64,000 bases of DNA from Desulfatiglandales bacterium (GCA_963662465.1 OY759599.1:5184001-5248000), one strand, 5' to 3'. Counted from the first letter of the stretch, positions 1 through 8,630 are shown. Numbers and translations are program-made. Notes: generated by a model not told the origin, from the letters alone.

Positions 1-328
1 CGCCCTCCGCGAGATAGAGTGCCGTCAATACCCCCAGGGGAATGGAAATCACCGATGAAACCGCCGTAACAGCCAAAGATGCTACAATCAGGGGCAAAAT
101 TCCGAAGTCGGGAGGGTCATCGGTGGGATACCAATATTTCCCGAAAACAAAGTCCGTAATCGAGACCTTTTCAAAAATCGGAATGCCCTCCACAAACAGG
201 AAGAGGGCAATCAGAAAAAGGGTGGTGATGGACGCCAGGGCCACCCCGAAGAAAATAAACCGGATCATCTTCTCCCTGTTTTGACGATCCGTTCCGGTTT
301 TTTTTCTGTTTGACATGCTACCCATCAT
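1..328 (-). CDS. pstC: Phosphate ABC transporter permease PstC (5' part; runs off the window edge)
   Basis: Not in the ORF track. My minus-strand translation from ATG 328/316 gives MSNRKKTGTDRQNREKMIRFIFFGVALASITTLFLIALFLFVEGIPIFEKVSITDFVFGKYWYPTDDPPDFGILPLIVASLAVTAVSSVISIPLGVLTALYLAE, the typical PstC 'W.P...FGILPLI..S' segment. It lies directly after pstS. Confidence 0.9.
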   Translation of the reverse strand, partial: MMGSMSNRKKTGTDRQNREKMIRFIFFGVALASITTLFLIALFLFVEGIPIFEKVSITDFVFGKYWYPTDDPPDFGILPLIVASLAVTAVSSVISIPLGVLTALYLAEG

Positions 329-331
329 CCA

Positions 332-1162
332 TCAAAACAGGGGAACGTAGCCTGCTTCGGCAACATATTTCTGGCCTTTTTCGGGATTTAGCATAAAATT
401 GATGAAATTCAACACATCCCCCTTGGGCCATCCCGGCGTAAACATGAAGAGAGGCCGGCTGATGGGATAGGTGCCGTTCAGGGTTGTCTCCGCCGATCCG
501 ACAATCCGGTTGACCATCAAAGGCTTTGTGTCCTGGCTTAAATATCCGACGCCGATATAACCGATGGCGTTTTTGTTCTTTGCCACCGCCTGGGAAACCG
601 CCCCATTGGATGCCTGGAGAAGGGCGCCCGGATACACCCGCTCTTTATTCATAACCTTCTTTTCCCAAACCTCATAGGTGCCCGAAGAGGTGTCCCGCGA
701 GATGACCACGACAGGCCGATCAGGGCCGCCCATCTCTTTCCAGTTTTTGACCTTTCCCATGTAAATGTCCTTGAGCTGCGCCATGGTGATATTGACAATG
801 GGGTTGGTGGGATGGACCACCGGCACGATACAGTCATAGGCAACCGCAAAGGGTACCGGATAAATCCCGTTTTTGACGGCCAGACTGACTTCCTTATCCT
901 TAATGAACCGGGAGCTGTCGGCAATATCCGTTGACCCGTCAATCAGCGCCTTCATGCCATTGCCGGAACCACCACCTGAAATGGATATCTTGATGTTGGG
1001 ATTTTGTTTCATGTAGGCCTCAGAGACCTTCTGAGCAATGGGAAGCACCGTGGTTGACCCCTTGATCACAATGTTTCCCGCCCATGCCATACCGATGGTA
1101 AAAAAGGCCGCTACGAGAAATGTCAGTATTGCCATACCTTTGATTTTCATTTTTTCCTCCAT
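332..1162 (-). CDS. pstS: Phosphate ABC transporter substrate-binding protein PstS
   Basis: Signal peptide; motifs GSTTV, GGSGNG, SRDTSSGT, YPISRPLF. Confidence 0.95.
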   Translation of the reverse strand: MEEKMKIKGMAILTFLVAAFFTIGMAWAGNIVIKGSTTVLPIAQKVSEAYMKQNPNIKISISGGGSGNGMKALIDGSTDIADSSRFIKDKEVSLAVKNGIYPVPFAVAYDCIVPVVHPTNPIVNITMAQLKDIYMGKVKNWKEMGGPDRPVVVISRDTSSGTYEVWEKKVMNKERVYPGALLQASNGAVSQAVAKNKNAIGYIGVGYLSQDTKPLMVNRIVGSAETTLNGTYPISRPLFMFTPGWPKGDVLNFINFMLNPEKGQKYVAEAGYVPLF

Positions 1163-1237
1163 AAATTTAAAAGTGTCAGCATAAAAGCCGCATTTTGCTC
1201 GGTGACGAAAGCACCCAGCATAAGTTCCCTCAGATCA

Positions 1238-1291
1238 ACAATAGTTCCCAATTGTTAGATTTCCGTTAGGATCGCATTTTTGTTTTATTAA
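1238..1291 (-). promoter_or_regulatory. Pho-box-like promoter of pstS
   Basis: Half-sites in 11-bp register on the + strand (GTTAG 1254, GTTAG 1265, degenerate 1276, ATTAA 1287). Minus-strand -10 TATTGT at 1243-1238. Confidence 0.7.
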
Positions 1292-1326
1292 TAACTTCAT
1301 GCAGTACCCTTTACCGTCAATATCTT

Positions 1327-1368
1327 CGGTATCCACCCGGACAATTTTCCCCATCCGGATGGATACCG
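1327..1368 (-). terminator. Long stem-loop downstream of the porin gene (terminator or mRNA stabiliser)
   Basis: Minus strand GGTATCCATCCGGATGG-GGAAAA-TTGTCCGGGTGGATACC pairs using G-U wobbles. Confidence 0.5.
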
Positions 1369-1380
1369 GCAACGGGCTTG

Positions 1381-2703
1381 TTAAAACTTGAAGTTCACGT
1401 CAAATTGAAAAAGATTTGAGGGTTCGTCTGTCTTCCCGGGATCGAAATCGATCTTTTTGGCGTAATAATAGTCCAGGTCCAGCCACACATGTTTTGCCAA
1501 ACCGAATTTAAGTTCAACTTCGTGGCCTTTGGCATTGGTTTTGCCGTCGTAAAAATCACTGTCGGGGAGGAAGTCCAATACCGCATCCCGTTCCAAATAC
1601 CGGTAATTGTATTTGAATTCCCAGTCCCCGAATTTCTTAACACTTCGTCCGAATTTCACACCGGCCAACCACCCGGTATCGTTGGAATCCGCATCGGAGT
1701 TAATATATTCACCAAAAACGGCCAGCTTCTGAAAGTATCCACTGAATTTAAAACCGACCTCTCCATCAAACCCGATGGAGGAGTAGTTGTACAGAAGGTC
1801 TCCATCAACGTTCGTTGAGTTGCTTCCGGAACTGTACTCAAATTGGTTTCCCTTGACCTCGTTGTTGTAATACCAGGAGCCCGCCAATTTGATGGAGATG
1901 CCATCGGTCGGGTTTAGCGTGATACCCGGCTGCAATACAAACATGGTGGCGGTTTCTTCTTCTGATTTAAATTCCGAAAGCACGAATAGGGCGGGGGTTA
2001 CAAAGAACCCGAACATATCATTGACCTTGTACGTGAAAGGCGCCGTGCCGCCCTGGGGTCGAATATCCGAGTCCCAGACCAGGTCTTTGGTTTTGTAGAT
2101 AGGATTTTTCATCTGACCACCGATGATCTTCCATTGTTCAAATGGCTGATATTGCCCATAGGCATAATCGATGCGGGCATCGGGAGTTTCAAAGGAGTTG
2201 GTGAAGGTCTGGTTGGTGGAACGCGGATCGCCGGAGCCGGAACAAAGTCCGAAACCCACCTGCCATTGTTTGTCCTGGGTCACATCCGCAATGGCGCCAA
2301 AGCGCCATCGGTAACGCCCCCTGTTCCGGTTGGTTTCGACGCCATCACTCTTTTCGAGATCCTGGTACTGATAACGGAGCCTGAAATCCCCCTTGAAATG
2401 GATGCGATTGACCCACTTGGGAACGCCGGCAAACTTGCCACTCGCCGCCTCTTTTTTGACCGTCTTTTCAGCCGTCTCCTTGGCCACCTTTTCCGCGGTT
2501 TCTTTTACCGTGGTTTCTTGCCTGGCGCCCTCTTTCTGCATTTCCTTCATCAGTTGCTCCGCCTCCTTTTGATTGAGCAACCCTTTTTCCACCAGTTTGT
2601 TGATCAGAACATCGACCTCCGCGGCATGAGATGATGGCATCCCGAAATTAAACAGCAGGACGACCATAAGGCACGCCACAAGTGTGATTTTTTTCATTTG
2701 CAT
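1381..2703 (-). CDS. Putative outer-membrane porin (Porin_5-like), probably phosphate-starvation induced
   Basis: Signal peptide, N-terminal 'LINKLVEKGLL' coiled region, 'KGDFRLRYQ' motif, alternating beta-strands, C-terminal Phe; directly upstream of pstS. Confidence 0.8.
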   Translation of the reverse strand: MQMKKITLVACLMVVLLFNFGMPSSHAAEVDVLINKLVEKGLLNQKEAEQLMKEMQKEGARQETTVKETAEKVAKETAEKTVKKEAASGKFAGVPKWVNRIHFKGDFRLRYQYQDLEKSDGVETNRNRGRYRWRFGAIADVTQDKQWQVGFGLCSGSGDPRSTNQTFTNSFETPDARIDYAYGQYQPFEQWKIIGGQMKNPIYKTKDLVWDSDIRPQGGTAPFTYKVNDMFGFFVTPALFVLSEFKSEEETATMFVLQPGITLNPTDGISIKLAGSWYYNNEVKGNQFEYSSGSNSTNVDGDLLYNYSSIGFDGEVGFKFSGYFQKLAVFGEYINSDADSNDTGWLAGVKFGRSVKKFGDWEFKYNYRYLERDAVLDFLPDSDFYDGKTNAKGHEVELKFGLAKHVWLDLDYYYAKKIDFDPGKTDEPSNLFQFDVNFKF

Positions 2704-2813
2704 TTAGTTTTTCCTTTCATTCAATATTTTCCATTATGACGACTCTCCCTCCTCCTAAAGTGCTGGTGGTTTCACCTCCTCCCTGAAAATCATATATGTT
2801 CCATGGTTGGGTG

Positions 2814-2867
2814 ATGATGAATCAGGTGCATTAGCAATCTATTAGGAAGGCGTTAGATTTTGGTGAA
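2814..2867 (-). promoter_or_regulatory. Pho-box-like promoter of the porin gene
   Basis: ATTAG 2830, ATTAG 2841, GTTAG 2852, GTGAA 2863 (11-bp period); weak -10 CATCAT at the same offset as at the other sites. Confidence 0.65.
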
Positions 2868-3056
2868 ATCAAAATTGAATAGAAAAGATTTACTAAATAT
2901 AATAATTTTTAAATTCCATATGGAGGATCAACGGGGTGTTTTCCGTGAATTTTTATTGCGGGCGCTTGTGAGATGGTCTGGAACAGGATTGGGTGGAACA
3001 GGAAAAGGACGTCCCATTCCTATCCCACCCAGAGAGAGTAATAAAGAAGCTTATTC

Positions 3057-3110
3057 AAAATATCCATCCTTTGTTAGATTTCCGTGAGAGACAGGTTAGC
3101 AGTGCGTGAT
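3057..3110 (-). promoter_or_regulatory. Pho-box-like promoter with no annotated gene immediately downstream
   Basis: GTTAG 3073, GTGAG 3084, GTTAG 3095, GTGAT 3106. Shares the 15-mer TTGTTAGATTTCCGT with the pstS site; -10 TATTTT at 3062-3057. Confidence 0.65.
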
Positions 3111-3182
3111 ATGTGAAAAAACCCTGAAAAAGCAAACTGCCTCCGGTTCAGAGAAAACCGAGCGGCTTTCTGCTTGGCCGCA

Positions 3183-3419
3183 TCAGGCCAGACCGTTAAT
3201 GACATCCCGGACATGGCTGCTTTTTCGCAACCATGATGAAATATTCTCCCGCACATCCGCCGGAAGACCTCTGTCAAGAATTTTAAACTCCATTACATCT
3301 GTCGCCCTCTCATAGTTCATCATGATGCGGGGTGCTGCATTTCCTTCGGGGGAAAAGCCCGCGGAATGAGGAAGGTCAAATACCCAGTGCAGGCGATTGA
3401 TGTATCTCGTGTTTCCCAT
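3183..3419 (-). CDS. Hypothetical 78-aa protein, candidate Pho-regulon member
   Basis: Strong SD (TAAGGAG) 7-8 nt before ATG; has its own Pho-box-like promoter upstream. Confidence 0.6.
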   Translation of the reverse strand: MGNTRYINRLHWVFDLPHSAGFSPEGNAAPRIMMNYERATDVMEFKILDRGLPADVRENISSWLRKSSHVRDVINGLA

Positions 3420-3537
3420 AATGTTACTCCTTACCCGGCAAACCGGTACTGGAAAAAAGGTTATTTTTCGATTCTATTTTTTTCTCAAACCATTTTGGAC
3501 AAGCGTCATTTTCCAAAAAAATATAATGCTGCCGAAT

Positions 3538-3591
3538 AAAATACGCATGGATTGTTAAGAAAACATTACGCTTTCATTAATGTTTCATGAA
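3538..3591 (-). promoter_or_regulatory. Pho-box-like promoter upstream of the 78-aa ORF
   Basis: GTTAA 3554, ATTAC 3565, ATTAA 3576, ATGAA 3587 (11-bp period); -10 TATTTT at 3543-3538. Confidence 0.55.
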
Positions 3592-3592
3592 C

Positions 3593-3623
3593 GGTTTTAA
3601 GTTCAAGGTTTTAAGTTTTAAGT
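3593..3623. repeat. TTTTAAG heptamer tandem repeat (family A, short copy)
   Basis: GGTTTTAAGTTCAAGGTTTTAAGTTTTAAGT. Confidence 0.7.
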
Positions 3624-3657
3624 AAAAATCAGAAGGAGACAGACGAGGGCGAATTTC

Positions 3658-4893
3658 TCACCGGACCTTTTTTAGAAACAGGCTGGTGTTCACGCCGCCG
3701 AAGGCAAAGTTTTGAATGGAAGCGATATTGATGGAGGTTTCGCGTAACGTTTGGGTGTGACGAATCATGGCGCATCTGGGGTCAATTTCATCCAGGTTCA
3801 GGGTGGGCGGGATAAACCCCTTCTCTATCATATAGAGGGCAATGATGGTTTCAATGACCCCGCATGATCCCATGGTGTGGCCCATATAACTCTTGAGGCC
3901 CGTAACGTGGGGGCTGTTCCCATAAACACTTGAAATCGCCATGGCTTCGGCCACATCGCCCATTTTTGTGGCTGTGGCATGGGCGCTGACAAAATCCACA
4001 TCCCCGGGTCCTATTCCGGCATTTTTTAAGCCCTGAACAATGGTCTCTCTGATGCCGTTCATGTTGGGCAGAATCATGTCTCCGCCGTTGTTGCCGCACC
4101 AGAAACCCATCACCTCTCCCAGGATATTGGCACCTCTTTTTCTGGCGAATTCGTACTCTTCCAGCAAAACCGCGCCGGCCCCTTCCCCCACCACCAGTCC
4201 GTCCCGCTTAATGTCAAAGGGGCGAGGCGTGAGATGAGGCGCATCATTATACCCCGTTGAACAGGCCAACAGATTGTCAAATACGGCCACGGTGGTGGTG
4301 TCATACTCGTCGGCCCCACCGCAAACCATGGCGTCCTGCATGCCGTATTTTACCGCCTCATACCCATATCCAATGGATTGGCTGCTGGTGGTGCAGGCCG
4401 TGCAGGAAGAGATCACCCGGCCGGTAATCTGAAACATCTTGGTAATGTTGACCGCGGTGGTATGCACCATGCTTTTAAGGTAATCCACCGCGCCGATGGC
4501 AGCGAACCGCGCATCCGAACCACTGAAAAAATGTTCATAAATCTGCCGCTGCACAGTGGGACTGCCATGGGTTGAACCAAAGGCCACCCCGAGCCTGCCC
4601 GAAGAGATGAAATCCTGTTCCAGGCCGGCGGCGTCGAGTACCTCCTTAACCACCTGGCAGGCGTAGTAGGCCACCGGCCCCATGGTCTTGCGATACTTCC
4701 TTGGAAAATCGAAATCAATGGGGTAACCGACAGTCCCGAATACTCGGGATTCCACGCGACGGGTCAGGAGGTCGTCTTCCCGAATTTTCGTCACGCCCGA
4801 TTTTCCATTGATAAGGCTATCAATCAGGTCATCCTTGGCATGGCCGATGGGGGTAATGGCCGAGGCGGCTGTGATGACAACTCTTCTTTCCAT
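3658..4893 (-). CDS. Beta-ketoacyl-ACP synthase (FabF/FabB-like)
   Basis: Cys-His-His triad motifs TACTTS, SAHAT, KSYMGHTMG; C-terminal NFAFGGVN. Confidence 0.9.
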   Translation of the reverse strand: MERRVVITAASAITPIGHAKDDLIDSLINGKSGVTKIREDDLLTRRVESRVFGTVGYPIDFDFPRKYRKTMGPVAYYACQVVKEVLDAAGLEQDFISSGRLGVAFGSTHGSPTVQRQIYEHFFSGSDARFAAIGAVDYLKSMVHTTAVNITKMFQITGRVISSCTACTTSSQSIGYGYEAVKYGMQDAMVCGGADEYDTTTVAVFDNLLACSTGYNDAPHLTPRPFDIKRDGLVVGEGAGAVLLEEYEFARKRGANILGEVMGFWCGNNGGDMILPNMNGIRETIVQGLKNAGIGPGDVDFVSAHATATKMGDVAEAMAISSVYGNSPHVTGLKSYMGHTMGSCGVIETIIALYMIEKGFIPPTLNLDEIDPRCAMIRHTQTLRETSINIASIQNFAFGGVNTSLFLKKVR

Positions 4894-4910
4894 GGGGGTT
4901 CCTGTTTTGA

Positions 4911-5007
4911 GGCGGCAAGCCGCGGTTTTAAGTTTTAGGTTTTAAGTTTTAAGTTTTAAGTTTTCCCGTCAATGAATTTCTTGTTTTTTATGACAGGGTT
5001 TCAGGAA
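4911..5007 (+). repeat. Family A dispersed repeat (GC-rich head, (TTTTAAG)n, tail)
   Basis: GGCGGCAAGCCGCGG, about 5 heptamers, then TTCCCGTCAA...ACAGGGTTTCAGGAA; inverted copy at 6285-6360. Confidence 0.8.
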
Positions 5008-5014
5008 GGAAAAC

Positions 5015-5278
5015 CTACAGCAAAGCCCTCTTTCCGGCAAGCGCCTCAACATAATTGCAAATCTGATTGATGGTGCGAATCTCCATTGCGTCTTTTTTTT
5101 CCTGACGGGTCAATTCCGAATCCAGCATCTTTTCAATTTCGCCCAATAGCTCCAGCGCATCGATGCTGTCGAAGTCATGCACCTCCGTCAGATTATCATC
5201 CAGGCCGGGATTGACGATTTCAAATTCCTTTTCAAAAATTGTTAACAGGGTTGTTTTTATCTCATCTCGTGTCATCAA
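5015..5278 (-). CDS. Acyl carrier protein
   Basis: Acidic 87-aa protein with phosphopantetheine site FDSIDALE. Confidence 0.9.
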   Translation of the reverse strand: MMTRDEIKTTLLTIFEKEFEIVNPGLDDNLTEVHDFDSIDALELLGEIEKMLDSELTRQEKKDAMEIRTINQICNYVEALAGKRALL

Positions 5279-5369
5279 ACCGCCTCGTTTTTTTTATGGC
5301 ATTGTACATCCAATGCTATTGAATTGCTGAAGAGATGTCAATGTGGAACGAAGTTCCGTCTATCTGAAA

Positions 5370-6260
5370 TTAAACAATTTTGTTACCAAGGAAGGGGTCA
5401 AAGTGGTACCATTGGAAGGGATGGCGCCGAAGATTTTGCGCCAGATGGTCGGCATATTCCTGCGCGGCTTTTTGAATGGCGCCCTGTCTATGGGCCCGAG
5501 AAAAACTCTCGATGGCAATCGGCGCGCTGATTGAAACATGGTATCGCTCCCTGCCGGTGCGCCAGGCAAAAAAGATATACAGGGGGACGTGAGAAAGAAG
5601 GGCCAGCAGATAAGGCGTCTCGGGAATCGTCGCTTCGTATCCCAGAAAAGACACCGAAACACTTCGCTGATCCTCACGCCAGAGAACATCGCCCGTCATG
5701 GACACCATACCACCGCCTCTAAGCTGCTTAACCCCTTCAACAATATCAAAAGGAGAACCGCCGTCCCTGTGGATGGCAATGACCCTGATGCCGGTTTTTT
5801 GAAAATCGTCCTTTTGCAGCCTTTCAATCTGCTCTTTCTGCTTTGCCCCCATATAAAGCAATAAACTGATTTCCGGCAGCTCCCTTTTCAGATGATGGGC
5901 CGCCGCCTCCCAACTCCCCGCATGGGACATGAGAATCACGCCCCCCGTGCGATTCTTTACGGCGCGTTCAAGATGTTCCAGGCCCCTTGAAGAAAAAGAA
6001 GCGATGCCCGAAGGGTTTACAATCATTGCCCTTTCGAGAAAAACATCCGTAAACGCATGGAATTGTTTCCAGGTACACCAGACATGGTAAGATGAGTGCC
6101 GGTTCGGAAAAAGCGCCCTGTAGAAGTTGATCCCCGTTTTGACGCGACGGGGAAACAGAACAAAATAACCGGTTGCAACAAACCAGGCAAAAAATCTGAA
6201 AAACCATTGGCCGAACTTTTCGGACCCGAATACAAGGGTTTTGTAAAACCATTTCTTCAT
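5370..6260 (-). CDS. Lipid A biosynthesis (LpxL-like) / LPLAT-family acyltransferase
   Basis: SHAGSWE catalytic motif; C-terminal PFQWYHF. Confidence 0.8.
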   Translation of the reverse strand: MKKWFYKTLVFGSEKFGQWFFRFFAWFVATGYFVLFPRRVKTGINFYRALFPNRHSSYHVWCTWKQFHAFTDVFLERAMIVNPSGIASFSSRGLEHLERAVKNRTGGVILMSHAGSWEAAAHHLKRELPEISLLLYMGAKQKEQIERLQKDDFQKTGIRVIAIHRDGGSPFDIVEGVKQLRGGGMVSMTGDVLWREDQRSVSVSFLGYEATIPETPYLLALLSHVPLYIFFAWRTGRERYHVSISAPIAIESFSRAHRQGAIQKAAQEYADHLAQNLRRHPFQWYHFDPFLGNKIV

Positions 6261-6284
6261 TATCCAGGGCCGTTAATGCCTTGT

Positions 6285-6360
6285 TTCCTGAAACTCTGTT
6301 AGAAAAAAGAATCCACTCCTTGTCGGGAAGACTTAAAACTTAAAACCGCGGCTTACCGCC
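6285..6360 (-). repeat. Family A dispersed repeat, inverted relative to 4911-5007
   Basis: Reverse complement reads GGCGGTAAGCCGCGGTTTTAAGTTTTAAGTCTTCCCGACAA...ACAGAGTTTCAGGAA. Confidence 0.8.
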
Positions 6361-6774
6361 TTAGAACCCCAGCGCCTTGCGAATTGCCTCAGGGATTTCA
6401 AACATCATTTCCATTTGTGGGTATAGCACCGCGACCTGCTCGCTTCTTCCTCTGGCGCAAATCTTATCTTGTCCTCTTCGCCTGATCTCAAAATCCATGA
6501 CGATCTTGATCCCAGCCTCCAACACGGTGACCTTGCAGAGGAGTTCGTCGCGGTTTCGAAGGGCGATGATGTGCTTGGTGGAAGTTTTAATAATGGGAAA
6601 CAGAACACTCGTTTTTTCAAAATAGTCCTGAAGATCAATGCCACATTCATCAAGCAGGGCAAACCGGGCCAAGTCAAAATATTTCATCAGGTGCCCATGC
6701 CAGACAATATTCATGGGATCCAGATCGTGAAAGGGAACCTTTATTGCCACCTCGCAGCATTTTCGATTTTCCAT
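6361..6774 (-). CDS. Acyl-CoA/ACP thioesterase (4HBT/YbgC hot-dog fold)
   Basis: VPFHDLDPMNIVWHGHLMKYFDLAR motif. Confidence 0.85.
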   Translation of the reverse strand: MENRKCCEVAIKVPFHDLDPMNIVWHGHLMKYFDLARFALLDECGIDLQDYFEKTSVLFPIIKTSTKHIIALRNRDELLCKVTVLEAGIKIVMDFEIRRRGQDKICARGRSEQVAVLYPQMEMMFEIPEAIRKALGF

Positions 6775-6864
6775 AGCATGTCGGGGTCATAGCCGATTTA
6801 GGCAGTTTTCTGAATCAAAGACCTGTCAACTTATTTTACCCGACCCTTTCATGTCAAGAATTTA

Positions 6865-6893
6865 TTGACGGCATTTGGGGATGCTGATACCAT
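6865..6893 (+). promoter_or_regulatory. sigma70-type promoter of nnr
   Basis: TTGACG-N17-TACCAT. Confidence 0.55.
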
Positions 6894-6928
6894 AACCCGT
6901 AAAATTTATTCAGAATAAAGGTGAAAAA

Positions 6929-8500
6929 ATGAAAGTCAGCAGCGTCAAGGAAATGAGAGAGATGGACAGGACCGCCATTGAGACCTACGGCATTAGAGAA
7001 GAACTGCTCATGGAAAATGCCGGGGATGCGGTCTATTTTGTTATTTCGAACCAGTTCGGTATACAAAACAAGCGCTTCATTGTCTTTTGCGGAATGGGCA
7101 ACAATGGCGGCGACGGTTTCGTTATCGCGAGAAAGCTTCATTCCAACGGCGGATTTGTCAAGGTCTTTATCCTGGGCAATCAAGAAAAGTATCTGGGAGC
7201 GGCAAAACTGAACCTGGATATTCTGAAGAATCTGCCCGTTGAGATCCGACAGGTTGACGCCGCATCATCCGTCCTTATGGAGATCACACACTCGGACGCT
7301 ATTGTAGACGCAATTCTGGGAACCGGGCTGATGCGGGAAGTCGAAGGTTTTTACCGGGATATCATTGCCGGCATTAACAAAAGCGGAAAAACCGTATTCA
7401 GTGCGGACATTCCCTCCGGCGTGGCAGGGGACACGGGAAAAGTGATGGGGATTGCCGTAAAAGCAGATTACACCGTGACCTTCGGTCTTCCCAAATTGGG
7501 AAATCTCCTGTTTCCGGGCTATGATTTATGCGGGAATTTATATGTGACCCATATCTCTTTTCCTCCGGAACTTTATAATGCCGATGATCTGAAAGTCGCT
7601 ATAACACCCCCCATAGACCTTCCCCCAAGGGATGCCGATGTCCACAAGGGAAGTATGGGGCAAGTCCTCTTTATTTCCGGCGCCGCGGGCTATTTTGGGG
7701 CCCCGTACTTTTCAGCCCTTTCTTTTCTAAAAGCCGGTGGTGGGTATTCACGTCTTGCGGCCCCCCAATCCATCACCCCTTTTATTGCAAGCAAAGGCAG
7801 CGAAATCGTTTTTCTGCCGCAAAAAGAGACGGCATCAGGGAGTATCGCCCTTCTGAACAAAGACTTTCTGCTGGACCTGGCCAATAACATGGACATGGTT
7901 GTGTTGGGGCCCGGTTTATCCCTGGACCCGGAGACCCAGACCCTGGTGAGATTCCTTGTAAAAGCGCTGAACGTTCCCCTTCTGCTGGATGGGGACGGCA
8001 TTACCGCCATTTGCAGTGACCTCCAGATCCTGAAAGAACGAAAAGCAGAAACCATCCTGACACCCCATTTGGGTGAAATGGCCAGGATTGCGGGTATGGA
8101 TGCGGCGGAAATTGAGTACCATAAAATAGACATCCTGCAACAAACCGCCCGGCAGTTGCAAGCTACAGTGGTATTGAAAGGCGCACACACCCTCATCGGA
8201 ATGCCGGACAACCGGGTTTTCATCAATATGTCGGGAAATTCCGGCATGGCCACGGCCGGTTCCGGCGATGTTTTAACCGGGGTCATTTCCGCCATGTTCG
8301 GCCTTGGGTTGAAAATTGAAGACGCCGTGTTGAAAGGTGTGTTTATTCATGGTTTCGCGGGTGATCTTGCAGCGGAAGAAAAAGGCGTGGACGGCATGAC
8401 GGCCCAGGACATCCTTGACCATTTACCCCTGGCGCTCAAAAAAGAGCGGGAAGGTCTCGGCACGGCCATTGAGCGCTACAAGGGCGCTGCAATCATTTAA
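6929..8500 (+). CDS. nnr: Bifunctional NAD(P)H-hydrate epimerase/dehydratase
   Basis: YjeF_N motifs (LMENAG, GNNGGDG, DIPSG) plus carbohydrate-kinase domain motifs (TPHLGE, ATAGSGDVL). Confidence 0.93.
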   Translation: MKVSSVKEMREMDRTAIETYGIREELLMENAGDAVYFVISNQFGIQNKRFIVFCGMGNNGGDGFVIARKLHSNGGFVKVFILGNQEKYLGAAKLNLDILKNLPVEIRQVDAASSVLMEITHSDAIVDAILGTGLMREVEGFYRDIIAGINKSGKTVFSADIPSGVAGDTGKVMGIAVKADYTVTFGLPKLGNLLFPGYDLCGNLYVTHISFPPELYNADDLKVAITPPIDLPPRDADVHKGSMGQVLFISGAAGYFGAPYFSALSFLKAGGGYSRLAAPQSITPFIASKGSEIVFLPQKETASGSIALLNKDFLLDLANNMDMVVLGPGLSLDPETQTLVRFLVKALNVPLLLDGDGITAICSDLQILKERKAETILTPHLGEMARIAGMDAAEIEYHKIDILQQTARQLQATVVLKGAHTLIGMPDNRVFINMSGNSGMATAGSGDVLTGVISAMFGLGLKIEDAVLKGVFIHGFAGDLAAEEKGVDGMTAQDILDHLPLALKKEREGLGTAIERYKGAAII

Positions 8501-8630
8501 AGAAATGGATACTGCCGCGTGTTTTTTTTACCGCCACGCCTGTGGCCTTTTTGATACATTCGGCCCTCTCTCTCTGCAAGGTTTCATGTAAATATATGTC
8601 ACATCTGGTTATTTCAAGATGAGACGTTTA

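Noticed and set aside
2860..3315. Short ORF-track entries 2860-3087(+), 3074-3277(-) and 3106-3315(+)
   Set aside because: No convincing RBS; they overlap Pho-box arrays or the better-supported 78-aa ORF
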